From: Scyliorhinus canicula
Taxonomy: Eukaryota
NCBI RefSeq assembly: GCF_902713615.1
Contig: NW_024055760.1
Span: 248,001 to 312,000, forward strand
Direction: 5' to 3'
Length of the DNA stretch: 64,000 bases
Position numbers and translations under genes: made by a program. Positions 32,590 through 43,625 of this stretch are shown piece after piece. Below the pieces are notes generated by a model. It did not search any database and was not told where the DNA came from. It saw only the letters and a program-made list of their open reading frames with translations. Within the stretch, counting starts at the first letter, position 1, and the number at the start of each line of letters is the position of its first letter.

Positions 32590-34512
32590 GAGCAGTATCT
32601 CTGGCCATGATGTGGAGATGCCGGCGTTGGAATGGGGTGAGCACAGTTAGAAGTCTTACAACACCAGGTTGAACGATTCTGTTTTGTGATTCACCTGAGG
32701 AAGGAGCTGTGCTCCGAAAGCTCGTGTTTGAAACAAACCTATTGGACTTTAACCTGGTGTTGTAAGACTTCTTACTGTATCTCTGGCAGCAGCGCATCCC
32801 TTCCCGATGAACTTAATGCATTCTATGCTCGGTTTGAGCAGGTAACCAACAATCCGCTGTCGAGTGCCCCAGCAGCCCTTAATTCACCCATACCCACCAT
32901 CACAGTTTCTGAAGTCAGATCGGCCTTCCTGAAAGTGAACCCACGGAAGGCGACGGGCCCGGGCGGGATCCCTGGTCGTTCACTCAGAGCCTGCGCATAC
33001 CAGCTGGCAGAGGTATTCACAGACACCTTTAACCTATCCCTACTCCACTCCGAGGTCCCCTCCTGCTTCAAGAAGACCACCATCATACCGGTACCAAAGA
33101 AGAACGAGGCAACATGCCTCAATGACTACCCTCCGGCGGCCCTGACGTCAGTTGTAATGAAGTGCTTCGAGAGGCTGATCATGAAGCGCATCACCTCCAT
33201 ACTCCCGGAACGCCTTGACCCACTTCAATTCGCATACCGTCGCAACCGGTCTACATCAGACACCATTTCCCTGGCCCTACACTCATCCCTAGAGCATCTC
33301 GAAAACAAGGACTCCTACATCAGACTCCTATTTATTGACTACAGCCCCGCTTTCAACACCATAATCCCAGCCAAGCTCATATCAAAGCTCCAAAACCAAG
33401 GACTTGGCTCTCCACTCTGCAACTGGATCCTTGACTTTTTAACCAACAGACCACAATCAGTAAGAATGAACACCAACACCTCCTCCACAATAGTCCTCAA
33501 TACCGGTGCCCCGCAAGGCTGTGTATATAGCCCCCTACTCTACTCCCTGTACACACACGACTGCGTGGCAAAACTTGGTTCCATCTCCATCTACAAGTTG
33601 GCTGACGATACGACCAGAGTGGGCCGGATCATGAATAACGACGAGTCCGAATACAGGAGGGAGATAGAGAACCTAGTGGAGTGGTGTAACGACAACAATC
33701 TCTCCCTCAATGCCAGCAAAACTAAAGAGCTGGTCATCGACTTCAGGAAGCAAAGTACTGTACACACCCCTGTCAGCATCAACGGGGCCGAGGTGGAGAT
33801 GGTTAGCAGTTTCAAATTCCTAGGGGTGCACATCACCAAAATCTGTTCTGGTCCACTCATGTCGACGCTATCACCCAAGAAAGCACAACAGCGCCTATAC
33901 TTCCTCAGGAAACTAAGGAAATTCGGCATGTCCACATTAACCCTTACCAACTTTTACAGATGCATTATAGAAAGCATCCTCTCGGGCTGCATCACGGACT
34001 GGTATGGCAACTGCTCAGCCCAGGACCGCAATGAACTTCAGAGAGTCGTGAATAGTGCCCAGTCCATCACATGAACATGCCTCCCATCCATGGACTCTAT
34101 CTACACATCCCGCTGCGGGGGAAAGCAGGCAGCATAATCAAGGATCCCTCCCACCCGCCTTACTCACTTTTCCAACATCTTCCATCGGGCAGGAGATACA
34201 GAAGTCTGAGAACACGGACGAACAGACTCAAAAACAGCTTCTTCCCCACTGTCACCAGACTCCTAAATGACCCTCTTATTGACTGACCTCATTAACACTA
34301 CACCCTGTATGCTTCACCCGATGCCAATGCTTATGTAGTTCCATTGTATATCTTGTGTTGCCCTATTATGTATTCTCATGTATTTTCTTGAATTGTGTTT
34401 AATTCCCTTTTCTACCATGTACTGAATGATCTGTTGAGCTGCTTGCAGAAAAATACTTTTCACTGTACCTCGGTACACGTGACAATAAACAAATCCAATC
34501 CAATCCAATCCA
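32590..34512 (+). mobile_element. Rex1/Babar non-LTR retrotransposon, duplicate of the 6.5-8.4 kb copy
   Basis: Same RT motifs with frameshifts near 33850 and 34070, a (CAATC)n tail, and the same nested Penelope insertion. Confidence 0.9.
32688..32726 (+). ncRNA. Minimal hammerhead ribozyme motif in a Penelope repeat (about 32606-32776)
   Basis: GATTCAC-CTGAGGA-A-GGAGC-TGT-GCTCC-GAAA-GCT-C-GTG. Confidence 0.6.
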
Positions 34513-35547
34513 GTTGGACTTCCTCAAAAGAAGGTTCTTCAGTGCAACAAGAATGCAGCTTTCCTGTTCTCGGTCAGCGGGTCAAACTCGGTGTCCTGTT
34601 TCTGTGGTGTAGTGCAGAATGAATGTTTACTTTACATTCAAAAAATCCTGGATTGGAAACCACGTAACAATATTGTCAAATCTCATTCGTTTAAGTGTTT
34701 GGGAAAAGTTGCATAATTGACATTTTCATTGTCACACATCCCGAATAACCCTTGAACTGAGTTAATCTGCCGTGTGGAACCCCGGTCCCCAGAGCTTCAG
34801 CATTATTCTCTGCATTGCCAGTTTAGTGGCAATAACACAACTCAACACCAACCATCGCCCCCAGTGAATCCGCTCTCGATTATTGCCTGAATATAATATC
34901 TGACAAAGCAAATGTCATTTGCTCTCATATATGTCGGAAAATGCATTCAGGAGAAGCAGAAGTGCTGAAAATTGCCGGCACACTGAGCAGGAACACAGAT
35001 GCTCCTATATTGACTCGGCACAAATATTAACAGTTCGTTCAATGGCGATTAATGCAGTTTAGAGGCTGGGAATGTCTCTGTTAATATATTAAATTGATTA
35101 AAACTAAAAGACCGGCTGGGAATACTGCGGAGAGTAATTCACCCCCTCCCCCACTTTCCAGCGTCCTCACCATCAGCAGTCACAAGTCAGGAATTCAATG
35201 GCTCAAAGGGCAAAGCTGGCTGGGTGGACTGGCCATGCGAAATGACTGGGTTACGAGGGGTGTGGGCCGAGTTAGGGTGCCTTTTCCAAGGGTCGGTGGA
35301 GACTCGGTGGGCCGAATGGTCTCCTCCTGCACTGTAGGGATTGTATGATTCCACCAATATTGATCTCCTTCAGATCCTCCCTCTCACTAAACCCTCCATT
35401 CCCAACATTTCTGCCATCTGATTTGTGTCAGTTTCTGTCTCTTTAGAATATACTGGAATTTGTCAAAAAGACTACTAAATTGGGTTAAAGTTAATAAATA
35501 AGAATTTTTTTCATGGACTTGGCAAACTGATGTGGAAAAATTTACCA

Positions 35548-35620
35548 CGAGCCAGCCAGGAGTCGAACCTGAAATCTCCTGATCCGTAGTCAGGCGCGTT
35601 ATCCATTACGCCACTGCTCC
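35548..35620 (-). pseudogene. tRNA-Arg(ACG) with acceptor-stem mismatches
   Basis: GGAGCAGTGGCGTAATGGATAACGCGCCTGACT-ACG-GATCAGGAGATTTCAGGTTCGACTCCTGGCTGGCTCG; A-C and G-G pairs in the acceptor stem. Confidence 0.75.
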
Positions 35621-36074
35621 ACAGCAAAATGAAGCTATTGAAAATTGGTTCAGTACGTCACACATACTATTTATCCAAAGTGTTTCACAACTCTCTGGAT
35701 TCTGTCAGCATCTCCACCCCCCCCCCCCCCCCCCCCCCCCGGGCGGGTTGGATTGGAGTCGGGGTTGAATTTGGTGACAATGTAAAATACACCAATGCTG
35801 TTCCCAGCCTGGGCGGTCATCCCCGAAAAACAGAAAGAATGGGCTGCCAGTTGTGGGATCGTGTCCAGTGTCTGTTTGTGGGGAAATGCAGTTGGTGAAT
35901 GGCCAGGCTGGAGTAACACTGACCAGGACATAAAACAACAAGTGAATGAATTTAAGTTTGGAAATTCTGGACAAACTGCAGGCTCTGTTTCCCCTGCTGC
36001 CTTTATTCCCCTGGAACTGATACTCTCATTTTCTGTTTCCATCAAATGTCCGAACGCTGCAAAGTTCCGATCAC

Positions 36075-36092
36075 GTCCACCAGAGGGCGACA
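36075..36092 (+). promoter_or_regulatory. Strong CTCF-like motif
   Basis: GTCCACCAGAGGGCGAC. Confidence 0.55.
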
Positions 36093-36249
36093 TGGCCACA
36101 TGTTTCCTCCTCATCAAATACCCGCCATAATATTCACCTTAAGTTGCTGTCTCAGTCAATGGTTCCTCTCTGCTTTCAAACATACGAGCAGGTGAAATAG
36201 ATGCAGAAGTTGGCCATTCGGCCCCTTCAGGCTGTCCTACCATTCAATA

Positions 36250-36645
36250 AGATGTGGAGATGCGGGCGTTGGGCTAGGGTGAGCACAGTAAGAAGTCTTC
36301 CAACACCAGTTTAAAGTCCAACAGGTTTGTTTCAAACACGAGCTTTCTCAGGTGTGTAAAGAGGTGGGTTGTACCACCAGATATATAGACAACAGTCAAT
36401 GATACAAAGACTGGCATTCATTGTATCACCTTGCATCACTGACTGTCGATATATGTGGTTATGGACCCCACCTCTTCATTCACCCGATGAAGGAGCAGTG
36501 CTCCGAAAGCTAGTGATTGGAAACAAACCTGTTGGACTTTAACCATGATGTGGAGATGCCGGCGTTGGACTGGGGTGAGCAAACCTGTTGGACTTTAACC
36601 TGGTGTTGTAGGACTTTAACCTGGTGTTGAAAGACTTCTTACTGT
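36250..36645. mobile_element. Nested Penelope terminal-repeat fragments with a degenerate hammerhead motif (36478-36516)
   Basis: Repeated GATGTGGAGATGCCGGCGTTGG and AAACCTGTTGGACTTTAACC blocks; CACCCGATGAAGGAGCAGTGCTCCGAAAGCTAGTG. Confidence 0.7.
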
Positions 36646-37574
36646 TCAATAAGCTGGCTGCCCGGTTTGTGTTTCGAATCCCACATTCCCATCATGCAAA
36701 CAGACCACATTTGATTCTGTGATACTAACTGGTTTGTTTTATAGCATGATACACACACGGTAGCACATACAAACAGATGCGATAGAAGCAGAAGTCGGCC
36801 ATTCGGTCCCTTCAGCCTGTTCTGCTATTCACTGAGACCATGACTGGTCTGTTTGCGTTTCGAATTCCACATTCCCATCATGCAAACAGACGAAATAAGC
36901 TTCTGTGAAACTGAATATTCTGTTTTCTAGAATGATACAGCACATGTGCAGAGTTCGAAAGAAGCTCAACAGCCACTCGAGGAACAGCAGCGCATCTTTC
37001 CACTGGGCTCAATACAGCTTTCACACTCAGTGTGTGTTCAGCAGTTTCACACTGTAAATGATGCACCCATTCTGTGTGTCCTTACATCGCAGATTTGGAT
37101 TTGAATCTTGTTTCCACTTGTTCTTTGTGTCCGGGCGGCAGTTGTTGATCAATCTGCCATCGATAGCTCCTCCAGACACATCTTTTGTTTATTTGTTTCT
37201 TCCATTGCGCTAACAGAGAGCTGGCACAGACACGGCGGCCGGAATGGCCTCATACTGTGGTGTCATCATTCTCTGATTTGATGTTAACCTAACTCTGTGG
37301 CCAGGGAAGCCAAGGCCTTTTCTCATTTAATCTCTCCTGACTTGCCCCCTATCAGAGCCCTTTCCTGTTGTTCTGTTTCCTCCCTCCGGGATTTCACTTG
37401 CTTCTAATTTTCTATATGTCTAGCCTTTCCCGGTTTCAATGGAAGTTGACCTTTTTTTCCCGTGTCCACAAATGCTGCCTGACTGCCTGAGATTTCCCAG
37501 CATTTTCCGCATGTAGCTGTTTGGTTGTGGGTGGCAATGAAAGTATCTGTTGCCTAAATCACCTGCTTCTTACC

Positions 37575-37664
37575 GGCTCGTTGGTCTAGGGGTAAGATTC
37601 TCGCTTCGGGGTTTGTACTGCATGAAAATGTGAGAGGTCCCGGGTTCAAATCCCGGATGAGCCC
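37575..37664 (+). tRNA. tRNA-Pro-CGG: tRNA-Pro(CGG) with an 18-nt intron (37611-37628)
   Basis: GGCTCGTTGGTCTAGGGGTAAGATTCTCGCTT-CGG-G [GTTTGTACTGCATGAAAA] TGTGAGAGGTCCCGGGTTCAAATCCCGGATGAGCCC; stems intact allowing G-U; T6 terminator at 37675-37680. Confidence 0.9.
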
Positions 37665-38269
37665 TTTGAAGTTATTTTTTATTGGCCAGCAGCACGTTTT
37701 GTTCATTTCTTTCCGGTGCAGACAGCGGGATCGGTTCACGGTGGGTTTGCTTTGAGAAGCTGAGCTCACACTGCAGAGAATCAATACGTCCCCGAGAAAA
37801 TCGAGACATTTTCAAAAAGCTTGTCTGTGAGTGGACATTCACTTATCTCTATTCACTAATCCAGGTGACCCCATGATGGTGGATTCAGGCAGCTGTGTGT
37901 CTGTTTCATTTGATTCATTCGGGGATGTGAATATCACTGGCGAGGCCAGGATTTATTGCCCAGAACTCTTTGCCCTTGAGAAGGTGATAGCGAGCTGCTT
38001 CCTGAACCGCTGCAGTTCATTGGTGTAGGTACACCTACAGTGCTGTTAGGGAGGGAGTTAGAACATAGAACATAGAACATAGAACAGTACAGCACGGAAC
38101 AGGCCCTTCGGCCCTCGATGTTGTGCCGAGCCATGATCACCTTACTCAAACCCACGGTTCCAGGATTATTTCCCAGTCACATTGAAGGCACAGCCGATAT
38201 ATTTCCAAGTAATAATAATCTTAATCACTGTCACAAGTAGTCTTACATTAATAATGCAATGAAGTTACT

Positions 38270-38500
38270 GTGAAAATGGTCAGGATGGGGAGTGGCCGGG
38301 AAGGAAACTTTCAGGGTGTCGGGGTCTTGGGTTTGAAAGGTGCTGTCTGAGATGCCTTTGGTGAGTTCCTGCACCCATCCAGGTAAGTGGAGAGTATTCC
38401 ATCACACTCCTCACTTGTGCCTTGTAGATAGTGGGCAGGTTTTGTGGGGTTAGGAGGTGAGTTACTCGCTGCAGGATTCCCAGCCTCTGACCTGCATTTG
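38270..38500 (-). mobile_element. Non-LTR retrotransposon RT C-terminal fragment
   Basis: AGQRLGILQRVTHLLTPQNLPTIYKAQVRSVMEYSPLTW. Confidence 0.7.
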
Positions 38501-38650
38501 TCGCCATTGAACGAACTGTTAATATTTGTGCTGAGTCAAAATAGGAGCATCTGTGTTCCTGCTCAGTGTGCCGGCAATTTTCAGCTGATCCCGAATGCAT
38601 TTCGAGGTACATGTCAGAGCGAATGACACATGCTTGTACGTTATTATATT

Positions 38651-39066
38651 CAGGTGATATTGGACAGTGGATTCACTGGGGGAGTGGCTGGTGGGGAATA
38701 GTGTAACTGGCTCTGGACCAGGTAATATTGGACAGTGGATTCACTGGGGGAGTGGCTGGTGGGTGAATAGTGTAACTGGCTCTGGACCAGGTAATATTGG
38801 ACAGTGGATTCACTGGGGGAGTGGCTGGTGGGTGAATAGTGTAACTGTCTCTGGACCAGGTAATATTGGACAGTGGATTCACTGGGGGAGTGGCTGGTGG
38901 GTGAATAGTGTAACTGGCTCTGGACCAGGTAATATTGGACAGTGGATTCACTGGGGGAGTGGCTGGTGGGTGAATAGTGTAACTGGCTCTGGACCAGGTA
39001 ATATTGGACAGTGGATTCACTGGGGGAGTGGCTGGTGGGTGAATAGTGTAACTGGCTCTGGACCAG
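38651..39066. repeat. 69-bp minisatellite, about 6 copies
   Basis: Unit CAGGTAATATTGGACAGTGGATTCACTGGGGGAGTGGCTGGTGGGTGAATAGTGTAACTGGCTCTGGAC; starts at 38719 and 38788 are 69 bp apart. Confidence 0.95.
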
Positions 39067-40497
39067 TAAAGCAGAGAACCAGGCTGAAGCTCCGGGGATC
39101 GGGGTTCCACACGGCAGATTCACTCAGCGACCCAATTCAACTGTGTTTCTCTGCGGGTTTAAACCGAGGGCCTTAATGTTGTAAAGCAAACATGATAATC
39201 CCTACACCACAGAAACAGGGAACATCGCTTAGCGCACTGACCGAGAATAGTAAACTGTGTCTCCTTATTGCACTGAAGGACCTTCTATTGTCAGAATGCT
39301 ATTCAACTGAAAACTTAGACAAGTGGCAGAGAAATCGATCCGACATTAGAATCATAAAATGTCAGCACATTAGAAAAGCATTCAGAATTAACATGTGTGA
39401 ACTCTGACTGCGATTCCTGCCATTCTCCATCACAGAGTATTTTGCAGGGTATCATTTGAAACTTTGCGGGTGTAAGGTAATGCATTCGCTTAACTATTGA
39501 ACAACAAATAGCAAGGATACAACTCATCTGCAAATTAGACGAGTAACGTCAATAATGTTTCGAATAAGGGAAATTCCCCCCACCAATGCCCCCCCCCCCC
39601 CCCCCCCAGCTGAACAATCTGCTCCCTGTTCCTCCTGACCTTTGGCTCCCTGCTTACCTTTGTTCTGCCATTAACACATTCTCATCTCTTAATGCGTCAT
39701 CAGCACCTTTCTTAGCCTTGAGCACCGCCTTTTGCATTCCCTTTGTCTTTCCTTCCAAGGCACCTTAGTCATCCTCCACCTATCGCTGGCCCCCTATCCA
39801 GCCCCAATGTTCCCCTCCCCCTCCCCACAGTATCAATCTGACCCGATTTCCAGTTCTCCAGCTTTGACAGAGTTACCCAGACTCGGAACGGCAGCTGCCA
39901 TCTCTCTCCACAGAGACTGTCAGCCCTGCTGGGAGGGTCCAGTATTTGTGTTTCTGATTCAGATTCCAGCATCCACAGTAAGTTGCTTTTATTGTACATT
40001 TAAACATGTTTGAAATGGTGATTGAATTTGTTCGTCTGCATCTGCAAACCCATTAAATTCTGTTGTGCATGAACAAACTGCTAATATGTGAACTGTGTCA
40101 AAATGGGAACATCTTTTTTCTTCTCATTGCGTCCTGAACATTCCGCTAATATTCAGTTTCAAAATTAGTTTGTGCAAACTTTCCTCACACTAAATGAGAC
40201 AGATGTCTCAACTTTCAAAAGATAAATTTAGGAATACCGAATTACTCTTTTTTATCCAATTAAGGGACCAATCTGCACATTTTTTGGGTAGTGGGTGCGG
40301 AACCAACGCAAACACGGGGGGGGGGGGGCGGGGGGATGTGCAAACTCCACACGGACAGTGACCCAGAGCCAGGATTGAACCCCAGCAGATGTCTCAACTG
40401 ACAAGACTATAAGATTCAGAACTTAGTCTGCACTTCAAATGTAAAAGCATTTATTCAGCAATACTTTCTGTTCAATCATGTAATGTCCCATTAATCA

Positions 40498-40700
40498 GGG
40501 CAGCATGGTGGCGCCGTAATTAGCACTGCTGCCTCATGGCACCGAGGTCCCAGGTTCGATCCCGGCTCAGGGTGGAGTTTGAACATTCTCCCCCTGTTTG
40601 CGTGGGTTTCGCCCCCACAACCCAAAGATGTGCAGAGTAGATGGATTGGCCATGCTAAATTACCCTTAATTGGGAAAATGAATTGGGTATTCTAAAAAAA
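40498..40700 (+). mobile_element. HE1-like SINE
   Basis: GGGCAGCATGGTGGCGCCGTAATTAGC...GGTTCGATCCCGG head. Confidence 0.8.
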
Positions 40701-41374
40701 AAATTTAATGTTCCATTACTCCAAATATATTATTTTTTGAAAGTAAATGTCCTGATTTGAAATCGAGACTCTGAAATATAGAACAAAAATATAAAACAGC
40801 AAATGTGACTGACAAACGAAATCCAGCCACTGGGTAATACATGTTTACAAGTTCATTGTGAGATTGACCACAGTCAGTTTATAAACACAGTCACAGGTCA
40901 GAGATTTAAGAATGATATCTTTATTATATTTGACCCTCTTTGTTCCGGGTATGATACATTCTGCAGCCTAAATCGCGTTCATGTATAAGAAAGGAAGGGC
41001 GACAGCAAATCATAGAACATAGAACAGTACAGCACAGAACAGGCCCTTCAGCCCTCGATGTTGTGCCGAGCAATGATCACCCTACTTAAACCCACGTAAC
41101 CCGTAACCCAACAATCCCCCCATTAACCTTACACTACGGGCAATTTAGCATGGCCAATCCACCTAACCCGCACATCTTTGGACTGTGGATGGATTGACTG
41201 TGGATGCACTGAGCTTGGATTCCCACATCTCCCTGAGTGGCTTTTCCTGTTTCTCTATCATTAAGGCCGAATCTTTCAAAAAGCTGGTTCAGTTAAGTCT
41301 TTGGAATTTCCTCTCAGTCAGTTACAGTATCGTTTGTGTCTGTCCTTTTGAGTACACATTACTATAAGACATTC

Positions 41375-41935
41375 TTCAATCTGGCCTGTTGCATTTGCTG
41401 ATCCCAATGCCATCTACTCTGCATTGGAGAGACTAAATGCCGACTGGGTGACCGCTTTGCAAAACACCTTCGCTCCATGGACAAGCTGGTGGCACACTCT
41501 CCTGTCGCTTGCTATTTCAACTCACTGTCCTGCTCTCATGTCCACATGTCCGATCTTGGCCTGCTGCAATGTTCCCATGTAGCTCAGCGCAAAGCCAAGG
41601 AACCAATTACAGCCTTGCGGACTTAACCTTCAGTTCAACAACTTCAGACTGAAATCTCTCCTCCTCCTTCATCATTTACACCTCTTTAACCTGTGATTAT
41701 CCCTCTCCCTGGATCTGCAATGATTTGATTACCTGCAAATGCTCGCATTCCAAGCATTGTCCAGCATCTCTGACTTTGTCTATATAAATGTTTCTGGAAC
41801 ATACCTCGCCATTCACCTGAGGAAGGAGCTGCGCTCCGAAAGCTCGTGTTTGAATCAAACCTGTTGGACTTTAACCTGGTGTTGTAAGACTTCTTACTGT
41901 GCTCACCCCAGTCCAACGCCGGCATCTCCACTTCA
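41375..41935 (+). mobile_element. Penelope-like element 3' remnant: GIY-YIG endonuclease fragment plus terminal repeat
   Basis: Translates NLACCIC*SQCHLLCIGETKCRLGDRFAKHLRS, which resembles the Penelope YCIRC..CGLLYIGETKRRLGDRFAEH motif. The same ~125-bp repeat seen in the mini-insertions follows. Confidence 0.78.
41811..41848 (+). ncRNA. Minimal hammerhead ribozyme motif in the Penelope terminal repeat
   Basis: ATTCAC-CTGAGGA-A-GGAGC-TGC-GCTCC-GAAA-GCT-C-GTG. Confidence 0.62.
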
Positions 41936-42202
41936 TCATTTTCCACTGATCTGTTTTCCCTTTAACATTACCCCCCTCTGCTCCACAGCTCCTGAGCAAT
42001 CTGCTCCCTGTTCCTACTGTCCTTTGACACGCTGCTTACCTTTGTTCTGTCATTAACACATTGTAATCTCTGAATGCGCCACTATTAGCGGCCTTTTTAG
42101 CCTTGATCACCGTCATTTACATTCCCTTTGTCTTTCCATCTAAGACATCTTTGTCAATCTTTATTGGCCCTCGATCCAGCCCCAATGTTCCACTACCCAG
42201 GC

Positions 42203-42235
<33 letters not shown>

Positions 42236-42582
42236 ACCTCTCCACCCCCAACAGAATAAAATCAGCAAATTACTGCGGGTGCTGGAATCTGAAACGAAAG
42301 AGAAAATGCTAGAAAATCTCAGCAGGTCTGGCAGCATCTATAGGCAGGGCTGCATGTTCTCTGTAGGGCAACGTCAAAGTGTGATTGGACTCAAAGCATT
42401 AACACAGCAATTATGTTACTGTGAAAATTCCCTAGTCACCACACTCCGGCGCCTTTTTGGGTAGACAGAGCGATAATTCAGAATGTTCAATTCACCTAAC
42501 AGCACAACTTTCAGGAATTGTGGGAGGAAACCCATTAAGACACGGGAGAACGGGCAGACTCTGCACAGACAGTGACCCAAGC

Positions 42583-42645
42583 AGGAATCAGTCCCACCAT
42601 CCCAGGAATCAGTCCCACCATCCCAGGAATCATTCCCACCATCCC
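42583..42645. repeat. 21-bp tandem repeat, 3 copies
   Basis: CAGGAATCAGTCCCACCATCC x3 at a SINE junction. Confidence 0.85.
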
Positions 42646-42756
42646 TTTGCTTCACTTCCTCTTTAGCGAGATCATCGTTCCTCAGATAAGGAGACTAACA
42701 CGGCACACAATATTCCAGCTGTGGCCTCACCAAAGCCCTGTATAATTGCAGCAAGA

Positions 42757-43285
42757 CAAACTAGGAGCCGACCCCTCGAGCCTGCTCCTTACATACAAAC
42801 TAGGAGTAGGCCCCTCGAGCCTCCTCCTTACACACAAACTAGGAGTCGGCCCCTCGAGCCCGCTCCTTATACACAGACTAGGAGTCGGTCCCTCGAGCCT
42901 GCTCCTTACACACAAACTAGGAGTCGGCCCCTCGAGCCTGCTCCTTACAAACTAGGAGTCGGCTCCTCGAGCCTGCCCCTTACACACAAACTAGGAATCG
43001 GCCCCTCGAGCCTGCTCCTTACACACAAACTAGGGGTCGGCCCCTCGAGCCTGCTCCTTATACACAAACTAGGAGTCGGCCCCTCGAGCCTGCTCCTTAC
43101 AAACTAGGAGTCGGCCCCTCTCGCCTGCTCCTTACATAAAAACTGGGACTCGGTCCCTGGAGCCTGCTCCTTCCACACAGACTAGGAGTCGGCCCCTCGA
43201 GCCTGCTCCTTACACACAGACTAGGAGTCGGCCCCTCGAGCCTCCTCCTTACACACAAACTAGGAGTTGGCTTCTCAAGCCGGCT
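42757..43285. repeat. ~39-bp minisatellite (about 13 copies) derived from the CR1 3'-terminal motif
   Basis: Unit ACAAACTAGGAGTCGGCCCCTCGAGCCTGCTCCTTACAC; adjacent to an antisense CR1 fragment at 42660-42756. Confidence 0.88.
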
Positions 43286-43397
43286 CCATCAATCAAAAAT
43301 TTTAACCTCAACTTCACATTCCTGCCAACCCCGATAATCTTTCACCCTCTTGCTTATCAAGAATCTATCCACCTCTGCCTTAAAAATATTCAAAGAC

Positions 43398-43625
43398 GGG
43401 GCAGCACGGTGGTGCAGTGGTTAGCACTGCTGCCTCACGGCGCCAAGGTTCAAGGTTCGATCAAGGCTCTGGGTCTCTGTCTGTGTGGAGTTCGCACATT
43501 CTCCCTGTGGTTGTGTAGGTTTCGTCCCCCACAACCCAAAGATGTACAGAGTAGGCGGGTTGGTGACGCTAAATTGCCCCTTAATTGTTAAAAATGAATT
43601 GGGCACTTTAAATGTATTTTTAAAA
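43398..43625 (+). mobile_element. HE1-like SINE
   Basis: GGGGCAGCACGGTGGTGCAGTGGTTAGCACTGCTGCC head. Confidence 0.82.

Larger units (their letters stand above)
29120..32930. repeat. Foldback (inverted) duplication centred near 30.9 kb
   Basis: About 29120-30625 is the reverse complement of about 31925-32930 (Rex1 start, Penelope repeat, CR1 tail, SINE, tRNA-Asn). 30640-30830 is inverted relative to 30952-31140. Confidence 0.8.

Noticed and set aside
34598-34614. 17-nt match to the tRNA-Val 5' end
   Set aside because: Too short to call; probably a deletion remnant after the Rex1 tail.
35717-35740. Long poly-C/poly-G runs (also about 8505, 39590, 42205, 60735) as regulatory elements
   Set aside because: Simple homopolymers of unreliable length, mostly at repeat edges.
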